In this document: in pieces, positions 9,446 to 19,425 of the stretch
How positions within the stretch are numbered: position 1 is the stretch's first letter
Layout of the letters: every line of letters begins with the position of its first letter
DNA from: an uncultured Planctomycetota bacterium
GTDB taxonomy: Bacteria; Planctomycetota; Planctomycetia; Isosphaerales; Isosphaeraceae
NCBI GenBank assembly: GCA_963737655.1
Contig: CAVTTN010000002.1
Location: 3,104,001-3,168,000 of the forward strand
DNA length: 64,000 nucleotides
Direction of reading: 5' to 3'
Notes under the pieces: generated by a model
What the model was told of the DNA's origin: nothing
Database searches by the model: none
What the model saw: the letters and a program-made list of their open reading frames with translations, nothing else
Program-made: the position numbers and the translations under genes

Positions 9446-10291
9446 TCACCAACCGTCGGCTCTAGTGATCCGCCGGACCCAATCCAGGAACCGCTCGTCG
9501 ATGCTCTCCGGATGCTGCCGGAGGTGACGGATGCATTCCAGGACGATCGGCCCGACATAGCCGATCCGGTCGAGCGAGCCGAGCCAGTCCTCCCAGACGA
9601 CCGACCCCATGCCCGGCGGCAGGTGGGAATCCTGTCGGCCGTTGTTGTCGTGAACATGGGTGGTGACGAGCCCCGTTGCCGCGTCGAGCGTCTCCGAGGC
9701 CGCGGAGGCGACGAGGTTCGCATGCCCGGTGTCCAGGGCCAGCCCGAGCTCGGGTCGGCCGATCTCGGCCACCAGCGCCGTCAGGTCGGCCATCCGGCTC
9801 CCGGGATGGACCCCCGGCGGCATGTTCTCGACGGCGATCCGCAGCCCCATCGGCTTCGCATGGTCCGCCAGCAGGACCAGCCCCTCGGCCAGCCGGCCTT
9901 TCCTTGCCTCCTGCTCCTGAACATCGGACAGCCCGCCCGGATGGACCACGAGGACCGTCCCGCCCGCCTTGTTAAGCCAGTCGAGGCAGGTTTTCAGGTC
10001 ATCCAGGCTGGCCTGGAACACGGCGAGCGTGGTCGATCCGAGGTCCACCCGGGATGCCCGGATGGACTGGCCTCCCCAACAACCGTGGGCGCTGTGGACC
10101 CGGAGGCCGGCATCGACGATCCGTCGTCCCAGCTCGGCGGGATCGGGCAGCGCCGACCATTCCGGGAGGACCTCGACGACCTCGGCGCCGATCCGTCGGG
10201 CGATTCCCAGGTCCACGTCGATCGGGCTCCGAGGGAACCCGTGGACGACCATCGTTCCGAGCGTCCGGGCCGGGCGATTCGTGGGGATCAT
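9446..10291 (-). CDS. Sugar phosphate isomerase/epimerase (AP endonuclease 2 TIM barrel)
   Basis: VVHPG, AVENMP, LDTGHA, HVHDN, HLPPGMG, LE metal-binding motifs. Confidence 0.85.
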   Translation of the reverse strand: MIPTNRPARTLGTMVVHGFPRSPIDVDLGIARRIGAEVVEVLPEWSALPDPAELGRRIVDAGLRVHSAHGCWGGQSIRASRVDLGSTTLAVFQASLDDLKTCLDWLNKAGGTVLVVHPGGLSDVQEQEARKGRLAEGLVLLADHAKPMGLRIAVENMPPGVHPGSRMADLTALVAEIGRPELGLALDTGHANLVASAASETLDAATGLVTTHVHDNNGRQDSHLPPGMGSVVWEDWLGSLDRIGYVGPIVLECIRHLRQHPESIDERFLDWVRRITRADGW

Positions 10292-10462
10292 CGGGCAAGT
10301 CCGGGCCGGGTCGGCGACGGTTTCGGGGCTCGACCCTCTTGCCCTCGAACCCGAGTCGAGTCATGATATCCCATCGCCGGCCCGTCCGGCCATCGGCCCG
10401 TTTCTCGACCTCGACCGTGCCCGCGGGGTCGCCCCTCGACCCCGGGGAAAGGACCATCCCGA

Positions 10463-10951
10463 ATGCCCCCCGTCGCGCTGGTCGATCCCTCGACCATCGA
10501 TACCTCACACGTCCTCTACGACCTGGAGGGGATTCGCCGGGGGAACCCGCAACGCTTCGAGATGGAGCAACTCGACGCCATCGTCGGCCTTGAGCCGGAG
10601 AATCACCTGATCATCGGGTTCAAGGACGTCCGCCCCGACGAGTTCTGGGTCCGCGGCCACATGCCCGATTACCCCTTGATGCCCGGCGTCCTGATGTGCG
10701 AGGCCGCCGCCCAGCTTTGCAGCTTCTATTGCCACACGATCAAGATCATCGAGGACGGCTTCATCGGGTTCGGCGGGATGGAAGACGTCCGCTTCCGGGG
10801 CCAGGTCAAGCCCGGCGACCGCCTCGTGATCCTCGCCAAGGCCGCCAAGGTCCACCGCCGCCAGACCGTCTTCGAGACCCAGGGCTTCGTCGGCACGAAC
10901 ATGGTCTATCACGGCAAGATCATCGGCGTCCCCCTGGCCAACCGAGACTAG
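10463..10951 (+). CDS. fabZ: 3-hydroxyacyl-ACP dehydratase (FabZ/FabA hot-dog family)
   Basis: GHMPDYPLMPGVLMCEAAAQ catalytic His/Glu motif; FRGQVKPGD. Confidence 0.8.
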   Translation: MPPVALVDPSTIDTSHVLYDLEGIRRGNPQRFEMEQLDAIVGLEPENHLIIGFKDVRPDEFWVRGHMPDYPLMPGVLMCEAAAQLCSFYCHTIKIIEDGFIGFGGMEDVRFRGQVKPGDRLVILAKAAKVHRRQTVFETQGFVGTNMVYHGKIIGVPLANRD

Positions 10952-10964
10952 TTAGATCGCCCCG

Positions 10965-11586
10965 ATGACCGCCTCCCACCCCGAACTCGACGTCTCCCCC
11001 TTCACCCTCGACATGCCCTCGGCCCCCGTCGATTGGGCCGCCCTGTTCGGCAACGATCATCCGATCGAGCTCGAAATCGGCTCCGGCAAGGGCCTTTTTT
11101 TGGCGAATGCCGGGCAGAGTCGACCCGATCGGAACTTTCTCGGGGTCGAGATCGCCAAAAAATACGCACGAAGGGCGGCCGAACGGATCGCCCGGCGAGG
11201 GCTGGCGAACGTGAAGATCTTGCCGGGCGATGCCCGGAGGTTCCTCCACGAGTTCGTCCCGGCCGGGAGCGTCGCGGCGCTCCACATCTACTTCCCCGAT
11301 CCCTGGTGGAAGAAGAGGCACCGGAAACGCCGGGTCTTTTGCGAACCGTTCGTGGATGACGTGGCCCGGGCGCTCGTCCCCTCGGGCGATTTCCGGATCG
11401 CCACGGACGTCGAGGAGTATTTCGGCGTCATGCAGGAACTCATCGAGCGCCCGGACCGACTTCCAACCCGGTCCTCCGTTCGAGGCGAATGACCCGGAGC
11501 ACGACCTCGACTACCTCACGAACTTCGAGCGCAAGTATCGGATCGAAGGCCGGCCAATCTACCGAACGCATTACCAGAAAACGTAG
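10965..11586 (+). CDS. trmB: tRNA (guanine-N7)-methyltransferase (frameshift near 11447)
   Basis: LEIGSGKG, FPDPWWKKRHRKRR, ATDVEEY; C-terminal TNFERKY lies in an adjacent frame ending at 11586. Confidence 0.9.
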
Positions 11587-11603
11587 GGTGCATGCAATGC
11601 ACC
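11583..11603 (+). repeat. Single GTAG-type REP-like palindrome
   Basis: GTAG-GGTGCAT-GCA-ATGCACC between convergent trmB and purF. Confidence 0.5.
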
Positions 11604-11625
11604 AACCCGCGGGAGGAGCCTGCGG

Positions 11626-13209
11626 CTACCGCCGTTCGTAGGCCCGGATTCCGCCGGCGCCATTGGAGTGGCAGGTCGTTTCGAGGGCGTCGATTTCGTA
11701 AAGCCTCTGGCCGGTCGGGGTTGGGTATTCGCCCGTCACGCAGGCCCGGCAGAGCCGATCGGGCGAGAGTCCGACGGATCGGGCCAGGGACGAGACCGGC
11801 AGATAGCGCAGGCTATCGGCCCCAAGCTCCGCCGCGAGCCTCGCCTGGGCCTCGTCCGAGAGGCCGCCGTCGGGCAGGTCGGCGAACTTCGGGGCCACGA
11901 GTTCATCGCGGCTGGACATGTCGATCCCGTAATAGCACGGGGCGATGATGGGCGGGCACGCCACCCGGAGGTGGATTTCCCTGGCCCCGCCCCTCTCGCG
12001 GATCTCATTGACCAGCGCCCGCATCGTCGTGGAGCGGACGATCGAATCCTCGACGAGCAGAACCCTCTTGCCGGCCAGGACTTCGGGCAACGGCGTATAC
12101 TTCACGCGGACCTTGGCCGCACGGTCCGCCGTCCCCTCGATGAACGTCCGTCCGACGTAGCGGTTCCTCATCAACCCCTCCACCGAGGGGAGGCCCAGCG
12201 CGAACGCCAGGGCATCGCCGGCCGCCTTCGCCGTGTCGGGCACCGGCACGACGATCGTATCGGGATCGAGCGGGACGTCTTCCAGCTTCGCCAGCTCCCG
12301 ACCCAGCGCCGCGCGGCTCAAATAAACCGAACGATCGTCCAGGGTGCTGGCGACGTTGGCGAAATAGATCCATTCGAAGAAGCAATGGGCCGGCTTCCTC
12401 TCGGCGGCGAACCGCTCGATCCGGACTCCGTCCTCGTTGACGATCGCCAGGGTCCCGGGTTCGAGCGATCGGATGCCGGTGAACCCCAGGTTCGCCAGGG
12501 GGACGCTCTCGCTGGCCGCGGCGAACAGGGGCCCGTCCTCGGCGATGCACAACGGCCGGATTCCCAGGGGATCGCGGGCCACGATCAACTCGCCGGTGGC
12601 CGAGAGCAGGACCACGTTGTACGCGCCGTCGAACGTCTCGGCCAATCGCGCGAAGATCCGAGTCCAGTCCGGCCGGTCCCCCTGGTCCTGAAGCTCGTAG
12701 GAGATCGAGTGCATCAGGATTTCGGTGTCGGTGTCCCTCTTGAGGTGATAGTCCCCCTTGTCGAGCAGCTCCTGCTTGAGTTCGGCATAATTGGCCAGTT
12801 GGCCATTAAAGGCAAATGCAAACCATTTGGTCTTGCGTCCGTGGGAGCGTTCGAAGGGCTGGGCGTAGCTCTTGTCCTCGGCCCCGCAGGTGGCGTAGCG
12901 GACGTGGCCGATGGCGGCGGGGCCGCCGTGTTTCTTCATGATCGATTCGAATTTGTCGCGATGGTTGAGGCGGAAGGCCTCGGCGACGGTGCCCAGCTCC
13001 TTGTGGGTTTCGAGGAGGGCCTGGCGGTCGGGGTCGTAGCTGGTCATCCCGGCGGCGAGCTGGCCGCGGTTCTGCATGTCCAGGAGCATCCGGGGGATCA
13101 GCCGGGCCACGCTGGAGAGGTCGCCCGGGATCGGGGCGATCCGGCTCACGGGCTGGCCGGTGGCGTGGTACACGGCGGCGACGCCGCACTCGTGGAAGAG
13201 TTCACCCAT
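11626..13209 (-). CDS. purF: Amidophosphoribosyltransferase (Fe-S type, short propeptide)
   Basis: [11 protein letters not shown]-terminal Cys, [35 protein letters not shown]. Confidence 0.96.
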   Translation of the reverse strand: MGELFHECGVAAVYHATGQPVSRIAPIPGDLSSVARLIPRMLLDMQNRGQLAAGMTSYDPDRQALLETHKELGTVAEAFRLNHRDKFESIMKKHGGPAAIGHVRYATCGAEDKSYAQPFERSHGRKTKWFAFAFNGQLANYAELKQELLDKGDYHLKRDTDTEILMHSISYELQDQGDRPDWTRIFARLAETFDGAYNVVLLSATGELIVARDPLGIRPLCIAEDGPLFAAASESVPLANLGFTGIRSLEPGTLAIVNEDGVRIERFAAERKPAHCFFEWIYFANVASTLDDRSVYLSRAALGRELAKLEDVPLDPDTIVVPVPDTAKAAGDALAFALGLPSVEGLMRNRYVGRTFIEGTADRAAKVRVKYTPLPEVLAGKRVLLVEDSIVRSTTMRALVNEIRERGGAREIHLRVACPPIIAPCYYGIDMSSRDELVAPKFADLPDGGLSDEAQARLAAELGADSLRYLPVSSLARSVGLSPDRLCRACVTGEYPTPTGQRLYEIDALETTCHSNGAGGIRAYERR

Positions 13210-13302
13210 GGGCGGTCATGACCCCGAGGAAGAGGAGGGTGGTCCGCCCGAGGGGGCGCCGCGACGGTTGACGCATCTAGGCTAGGCCGCTCGGACGGAA
13301 CT

Positions 13303-13331
13303 ATTATAATGTCGGCGTGAAGACGGCACAA
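13303..13331 (-). promoter_or_regulatory. Putative sigma70 promoter for purF; the palindromic ATTATAAT could also serve proB
   Basis: Minus strand TTGTGC-N17-TATAAT in the purF/proB divergent spacer. Confidence 0.5.
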
Positions 13332-13415
13332 TCTTCGGCCGGCGCGTCGTGGCCGGACGATCGGCGCGTCGGCCGCCCCATCGACGAGAAAACGCCGGCG
13401 AAGGAGCGGTCTCGG

Positions 13416-14561
13416 ATGTCGCGCGATCTGGTCCGCGATGAGGTGGTCCACTCGGCGGCGACCTGGGTCGTGAAGGTCGGCTCCAGCGTCCTGGCCGGGC
13501 CCGACGGCCGCCTCGACCTGGACCGGATCGGCCACCTCGCCGAGCAGATCAGCGCCGTGGCCGCCACCGGCCGGCGCGTGGCCCTGGTGAGCTCCGGGGC
13601 CGTGGGCGCCGGGATCGGCCGCCTTGGGCTTTCGAAGCGCCCCGACACCTTGCCCCAGGTCCAGGCGGCGGCGGCGGTTGGCCAATCCTACCTGATCCGG
13701 GCGTATGACGAGGGCTTCCGCCGCCACGGCCGCCACGCCGCCCAGCTCCTGCTGACTCATGAAGACTTCGACAGCCGACCTCGCTACCTGAACATGAGGA
13801 ACACCCTGGCGGCCCTCTTCGCCTGGGACGCGGTCCCGGTGATCAACGAGAATGACACGATCAGCGTGGACGAGATCAAGTTCGGCGACAACGACCGGCT
13901 CGCCGCGATGGTCGCGAACCTGCTCCGGGCGCCGTTGCTCGTGATCTTGAGCGTCGCCCCCGGCCTCTGCCGGGCCGACCCCGGCACCGGCGGCTTCGGC
14001 GAGGTGATCCCGCTCGTCCCGGACCTGGATGACGCCGCGATGGGCCTCGCCGGGGACAGCCGCAGCGCCCTGGGCACCGGCGGGATGAAGAGCAAGCTGC
14101 AATCGGCGAGGCTCGTGACCCAGGCCGGCGGGTCCGTGATCATCGCCCCCGGCCGATCCGAATCCCCCCTGACCCGAATCCTCCGCGGCGAGCCACTCGG
14201 CACCCTCTTCCTCGCCAAGAGGGGCCAGGCCCACGGCGCCCGCAAGCGCTGGATCGGCCTGACCGCCCGCCCCCGGGGCCGTTACGTCGTCGATCTCGGG
14301 GCCCGGCAGGCGCTCGAAAGCGGCACCAAGAGCCTGCTGTCGATCGGAGTGGTGGACGTCCTGGGCGAATTCGAGAAGGGGGACGTCGTCGGCATCGAGG
14401 ACCCCGACGGCCACGAATTCGCCCGAGGGCTGACCAATTACGGCACGAGCGAGGCCCGATTGATCCGGGGGCTTCGGACCGACCAGGTCCGCCAGGCCCT
14501 GGGCCAGGCCGCCCCGTATGAAGAAGTCGTCCACAAGGACAATCTCGTCCTCACGGATTGA
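13416..14561 (+). CDS. proB: Glutamate 5-kinase with PUA domain
   Basis: VVKVGSS, VSSGAV, INENDT, FGDNDRL, GTGGMKSK, C-terminal PUA; AAGGAG RBS before ATG 13416. Confidence 0.96.
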   Translation: MSRDLVRDEVVHSAATWVVKVGSSVLAGPDGRLDLDRIGHLAEQISAVAATGRRVALVSSGAVGAGIGRLGLSKRPDTLPQVQAAAAVGQSYLIRAYDEGFRRHGRHAAQLLLTHEDFDSRPRYLNMRNTLAALFAWDAVPVINENDTISVDEIKFGDNDRLAAMVANLLRAPLLVILSVAPGLCRADPGTGGFGEVIPLVPDLDDAAMGLAGDSRSALGTGGMKSKLQSARLVTQAGGSVIIAPGRSESPLTRILRGEPLGTLFLAKRGQAHGARKRWIGLTARPRGRYVVDLGARQALESGTKSLLSIGVVDVLGEFEKGDVVGIEDPDGHEFARGLTNYGTSEARLIRGLRTDQVRQALGQAAPYEEVVHKDNLVLTD

Positions 14562-14576
14562 GCCCGCGGCCCCGGA

Positions 14577-15245
14577 TCAGGCCGAACGGGGCGCCTTCCG
14601 GCGACGGCGGGCGAACCGGCCGAGGGACAGGAGCCCCAGCCCGGTCAGGGTCAGGCTCGCGGGCTCGGGGACCGCGTTGGCCGACCCGGCGATCCCATCG
14701 ACCCGCAGGCCGGTCGGGCCTCCCCCGGAATTGCTGACCACGAAGTCCAGCACGTTCGTCCCCCCGAGGAAATTCCCGCCCGCAGGGAGGCTGAACGCGA
14801 CCAGCGACCCGTTGAACCCGGCGAGTCCGACCCCGGTATCGGCCCCGTTCAGATAGATCTCCACGCCATCGTCCGACGAGAAGCTGCCCGAGATCGTGGC
14901 CGTCGAGGGGTCGAGGCCGGCACCCAGGGAGAAGGTGGTCCGATAGTCGTAGATCGGCGGCGATCCGGGAAACGTCTGATCAAGGTTCGGGTCGGGCCCG
15001 ATCCATTGCGAGGTCGGGCCGTTGGCCTCGTAGCTGCTGGGAATATTCGACGAGACGAACGCGTTCGTGAACCCGCCCGGCGCGCTCACCAGGCTGTAAT
15101 GCAGGTCCAACGCCCCGCCGGGGGCGAGGACGCCGTTGGTGATCACGCCGGTGTCATAAAGGTCGGTGATCGGGTCGGCCGTCGCGGCCGACGCGAGGGC
15201 GAGGACGCAGGCCGGGGCGAGGCCCCATCTCAGCGCGGTCTTCAT
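14577..15245 (-). CDS. PEP-CTERM sorting domain protein
   Basis: Signal peptide; C-terminal VPEPASLTLTGLGLLSLGRFARRRRK. Confidence 0.9.
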   Translation of the reverse strand: MKTALRWGLAPACVLALASAATADPITDLYDTGVITNGVLAPGGALDLHYSLVSAPGGFTNAFVSSNIPSSYEANGPTSQWIGPDPNLDQTFPGSPPIYDYRTTFSLGAGLDPSTATISGSFSSDDGVEIYLNGADTGVGLAGFNGSLVAFSLPAGGNFLGGTNVLDFVVSNSGGGPTGLRVDGIAGSANAVPEPASLTLTGLGLLSLGRFARRRRKAPRSA

Positions 15246-15603
15246 GGCTGCATGCTCCTGGGCAGTCGGACAACCGCCCGCGCCACCCGCGGGCCGGCGG
15301 GATGATCACACGGCACCGGACTCGGGTAGTCAAGTCAAATCCAGATCATTGAAGTGTGAGATTTCTATGTAGACGAGGCCCTCCGCGGCGCGTTCGGGCG
15401 GGAGGGGCGGGCCGGCGTCGCCCGGCCGGGGCCCTGCGATCGCCGGTGCCGATCGCGACGGACGTCCGGCCTGTACCGGGGGCGGGTCGGCCCGGCGTCG
15501 CGCCGGCCTGATCGCCCGATCGACTCCCTCCGATAGTACGGGAAGACGGCCGGGGACGCGGCGAGGAACGCCCGTCGGATCGGTCTTCCAGGAGGGGCGA
15601 CCC

Positions 15604-17473
15604 GTGAAGCTCAACCGCCGCACGGCCCTGGGCGTGCTCGGGGCGATGGGGGCCGCGTCGGCGGCCTCGGCGCCGGCCCGGGGGCTGGACTTGCCCTCGC
15701 CGATCCCCCTGCCGCCCGCCCCCGTGGGCCGAGGGGTCCGAGGGCGGATGACCGGCGCCCGCGCCGCCGTCGCCGCGTTGCGGGCCGAGGGCGTCCGCGT
15801 CGTCTACGGGGTCCCCGGCGCCCAGAACAACGAGTCTCTGGGACGCGATGAAGGCCCTCGGCCAGCAGTATTTGCTCGTCACCAATGAATCCTCGGCCAG
15901 CGTGATGGCCGATGCCGCCGCTCGGGTCTCGGGCGAGGTCGGCGTCTTCTCCGTGGTGCCCGGACCCGGGCTGACCAACGCCATGACCGGCATCGGCGAG
16001 GCCCTCCACGACAGCATCCCGATCGTCGGCATCGTCACCGACGTGATCCGGGGGCCGAATGCCCACATCGGCCAGGTTCATGGCCTTGCCAATGGCGCGT
16101 TGATGCGGCCGATCTGCAAGGCCGTCTATGAGTTGCAGCACCCCTCGCAAATCCCCGGCGCGATCCACCAGGCGTTCCGCGTGGCGGTCTCCGGCGAGCC
16201 CGGCCCGGTCGGCGTGGTGGTGCCATTCCCGCTCTGGAACGAGATGTGGGATTATGACGAGCCGATCCCGCCTCCCCTGCCCGTCCCGTTCGACGAGGCC
16301 GCCTATCGCCGGGCCCTCGGCCTGCTCTCCGACCGCCGGATGAGGGTCGGCATCTACGCCGGCCTCGGCTGCGTGAACGCCGGGCCGGCCCTCGCCGCCG
16401 TGGCCGAGACGCTTCAGGCCCCGGTGGCCACCTCCGTGAGCGGCAAGGGCGTGATCCCCGACGCCCACCCCCTGGCCGTCGGCTGGGGCTATGGCAAGCA
16501 GGGCACCCGCGCCGCCGAGAAAGCGTTCGAGAACGTGGATCTGGTCCTCGCGGTCGGCGTGAAGTACAGCGAGGTCTCGACCGCGAACTACTCGATCCCG
16601 GATGGTCACAAGATCATCCACGTCGATGCCAATCCGAACAACCTGGGCAAGAACGTCCACGCCTGCGCCGCCGTGGCGGCCGATTCCCGCCTGTTCCTCG
16701 ACCGCCTGATGGCCGATTCGTCCGCGATCCGCCGGCCGGCCAGCCCGCCGCTTTGGGGATCGATCAAGGAACTCCGCGACCGAGACCGCCACGAATATTC
16801 TCGGGTGAGGATCACCTCGGCCGTCGATCCGATGGTCTTCCTCTGGTATCTGAGAAGGTCCTTGCGCTGCGATTCGCTGATGTTCGTGGACGTGACCGCC
16901 TCGACCCACTGGGCGAGCGAGGCCATCGAGGTGCCCGGCCCGAGGCTCTATTTCACGCCGGCCAACAACCAAGCGATGGGCTGGTCGGTGCCGGCGGCCG
17001 TGGGGGCCCAGAGGCTCGACCCGTCCCGGCCGGTGGCGTGCGTCGTCGGCGACGGCTCGTTCCTGATGACGGGCCTGGAAGCCTCCACGGCCGCGAGGAT
17101 GGCCCTGCCGGTGAAATTCTTCGTCTTCGACGACGGGGCCTATCACTACATGCAGATGCTCCAGGAGCCCACCTTCCGGCGGACCACCGCCACCGAGATC
17201 GCCCCCATCGATTACTGCGCCTTCGCCCGCGCCCTCGGACTCTCCTTCAACAACATCGCCGCGAACGAGGAGATCGTCCCCGGCATCGCGCGATCGCTGA
17301 GCATGCCGGGCCCGGTCCTGACCCGCGTGGCGATCGGCTACGACGGCCGAGACATCCGCTGGCTCTCGGCCTTGAAAAAATCGTACATCGACCACCTCTC
17401 CGGCCCGCAGAAGCTCCGGATGGCCTCGAGGATCGCGGTCCGTTCGATGAATCTCCGGCCCAATTGCGATTGA
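15604..17473 (+). CDS. ThDP-binding enzyme (acetolactate synthase-like family) with Tat signal (frameshift near 15836)
   Basis: MKLNRRTALGVLGAMGAASAA; MTGA...YGVPGAQN; TNESSA; PGPGLTN; VGDGSFLM...FDDGAY. Confidence 0.85.
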
Positions 17474-17688
17474 TGGGGCGAACCAAGCCGAACCGGGAAC
17501 GAATGCCCTGATGATCCGATCGTCAAGGGCAGGAGCCAGGAATGCCGTCCCGATCCGGCGGAGAAACCCGGCGAACTGACCTTCCCCGATCCCGGGGGAG
17601 AGCGTAACATCCTCGCCCGGCGGGGGAGCCTTCCAGGACGGATGGCCATCTCGCCGGTGATCAGGGATGATCGAATTGCGGGGCCTTC

Positions 17689-18570
17689 ATGGATGACGCG
17701 ACGGCCATGAGCACACGGACGACCCCCTCGGCCCCCCACGCCGAGTTCTTCCCCGCTCCTCCCGAGCCGGGGCCGATCTCGCGATGGATCGCCGGGGTGA
17801 CCTCGGACCTCCGCGACCTCCGCCGCTTCTGGCCGGTCGTCACGAACATGGTCGCGCAGGAGCTCCGCGTCCGCTACCAGAGGTCCGTCCTCGGCTTCTT
17901 CTGGACGCTGATCCACCCCATCCTGATGATGGGCATCCTCACCATCGTCTTCTCCCAGCTCCTGGCCAGCCCGCCCGGTGACTACGCCCTGACGCTGTTC
18001 GCCGGCCTCGTCCCCTGGAGCATGCTCGCCGGCACGCTCAATGACTCGGCATTCTGCATCATCGTCAACGAAGGGCTGATCCGCAAAATCTACCTGCCCA
18101 AGCTCATCTTCCCGCTCACTCGCGTGATCATCAATTTGGTCACATTTGCGCTTTCGCTTGGTGCCATGTTCTTACTTCTGGCGCCCCTGGGGGCCAGGGT
18201 CTCGCCGCCGATGATCCTCCTTCCGGTCATCATCGCCCTGTTCGCGACCTTCGCGTTCGGCCTGGGGATGATGGTTTCTGTCCTGAACACGTTCTATCGC
18301 GATTGCAGCCACCTGGTCAGCGTGGTCCTCCAGGCGTGGTACTTCGCGACGCCGATCCTCTACCCGGTGAGCCAGTTCGCCCGGATTCCCTGGATGATCT
18401 GGCTGAACCCGGCGTACCCGTTCATCCGGCTGTTCCAGGTCGTGATCCACGACGGGGCATGGCCGGGCCTGACCCTCTTCTCGGCGGCCGCCGGCCTCGC
18501 GACGGTGAGCCTGGGAGCCGGCTATGCAGCGTTCAAGTCCAACGAAGACAAGCTCGTCTTCCGCCTCTGA
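17689..18570 (+). CDS. wzm: ABC-2 transporter permease (Wzm/TagG family)
   Basis: RYQRSVLGFFWTLIHP, LIRKIYLP, YRD, TPILYP, LNP; start may be 17707. Confidence 0.88.
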   Translation: MDDATAMSTRTTPSAPHAEFFPAPPEPGPISRWIAGVTSDLRDLRRFWPVVTNMVAQELRVRYQRSVLGFFWTLIHPILMMGILTIVFSQLLASPPGDYALTLFAGLVPWSMLAGTLNDSAFCIIVNEGLIRKIYLPKLIFPLTRVIINLVTFALSLGAMFLLLAPLGARVSPPMILLPVIIALFATFAFGLGMMVSVLNTFYRDCSHLVSVVLQAWYFATPILYPVSQFARIPWMIWLNPAYPFIRLFQVVIHDGAWPGLTLFSAAAGLATVSLGAGYAAFKSNEDKLVFRL

Positions 18571-19402
18571 TCGCCCGGCGAAGGCCCGGAGGATCGACCC
18601 GCCGCCGATCGACGTCCGCGACGTGTCGCTCCGGTTCATCGCCTACCACGACAAGGGCTATTCGCTCAAGAGGGCCGCGCTCGACCTGGTCCTCCGCCGC
18701 GAGGACCCGATGCCCGCCTCCGCCTTCTGGGCCCTGAAAGACGTCTCGTTCACCATCCACCGGGATGAGCGGGTCGGAATCCTCGGCCACAACGGCGCGG
18801 GCAAGAGCACCCTCCTGCGACTGCTCGCAAGGATCTATCCGCCGACCTCCGGGTCGCTGGCGATCCGCGGGTCGGTCGCCCCTTTGATCGAGATGGGCGC
18901 CGGGTTCAACCCCGAGCTCTCCGGCCTCGACAACATCATGCTGAACGGAGCCATGCTCGGGTTCAGCCGCAAGGCGATGGAGGAAAAAGTCGAGGGCATC
19001 CTCGAATTCACCGGCCTCCGCGAGTTCGCCAACCTGCCGCTGAAGTACTATTCGAGCGGCATGTACATGAAACTCGCCTTCGCGATCGCCACCGAGGTCG
19101 AGCCCGACATCCTCCTGATCGACGAGGCCCTGAACGCCGGCGACGCCGCGTTCCTCGGCAAGGCCAAGGGCCGGATCATGGGCCTCCTGGAGCGCTCGAA
19201 CGTCGTCGTGATCGTCTCCCACGACATGACGGCCCTCGCCGAGATGTGCACCCGAGGCATCTGGATGAGGAAGGGGAAGGTCGCCTTCGACGGCCCCATC
19301 GCCGAGGCCATCGAGCACTACCACTACGACATCGCCCACCCGTCCGTCGCCGACGCCGACGCCGAGCCGGCCACGGTACCCAACGAAGCCCCGGCCGCCT
19401 GA
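18524..19402 (+). CDS. wzt: Polysaccharide ABC transporter ATPase (Wzt/TagH family, no C-terminal CBM); start uncertain
   Basis: FWALKDVSF, GHNGAGKST, YSSGM, LLIDEAL, VSHD. Confidence 0.9.
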   Translation: MQRSSPTKTSSSSASDRPAKARRIDPPPIDVRDVSLRFIAYHDKGYSLKRAALDLVLRREDPMPASAFWALKDVSFTIHRDERVGILGHNGAGKSTLLRLLARIYPPTSGSLAIRGSVAPLIEMGAGFNPELSGLDNIMLNGAMLGFSRKAMEEKVEGILEFTGLREFANLPLKYYSSGMYMKLAFAIATEVEPDILLIDEALNAGDAAFLGKAKGRIMGLLERSNVVVIVSHDMTALAEMCTRGIWMRKGKVAFDGPIAEAIEHYHYDIAHPSVADADAEPATVPNEAPAA

Positions 19403-19425
19403 ACACCGGCGAGGGACGCCGAGCC

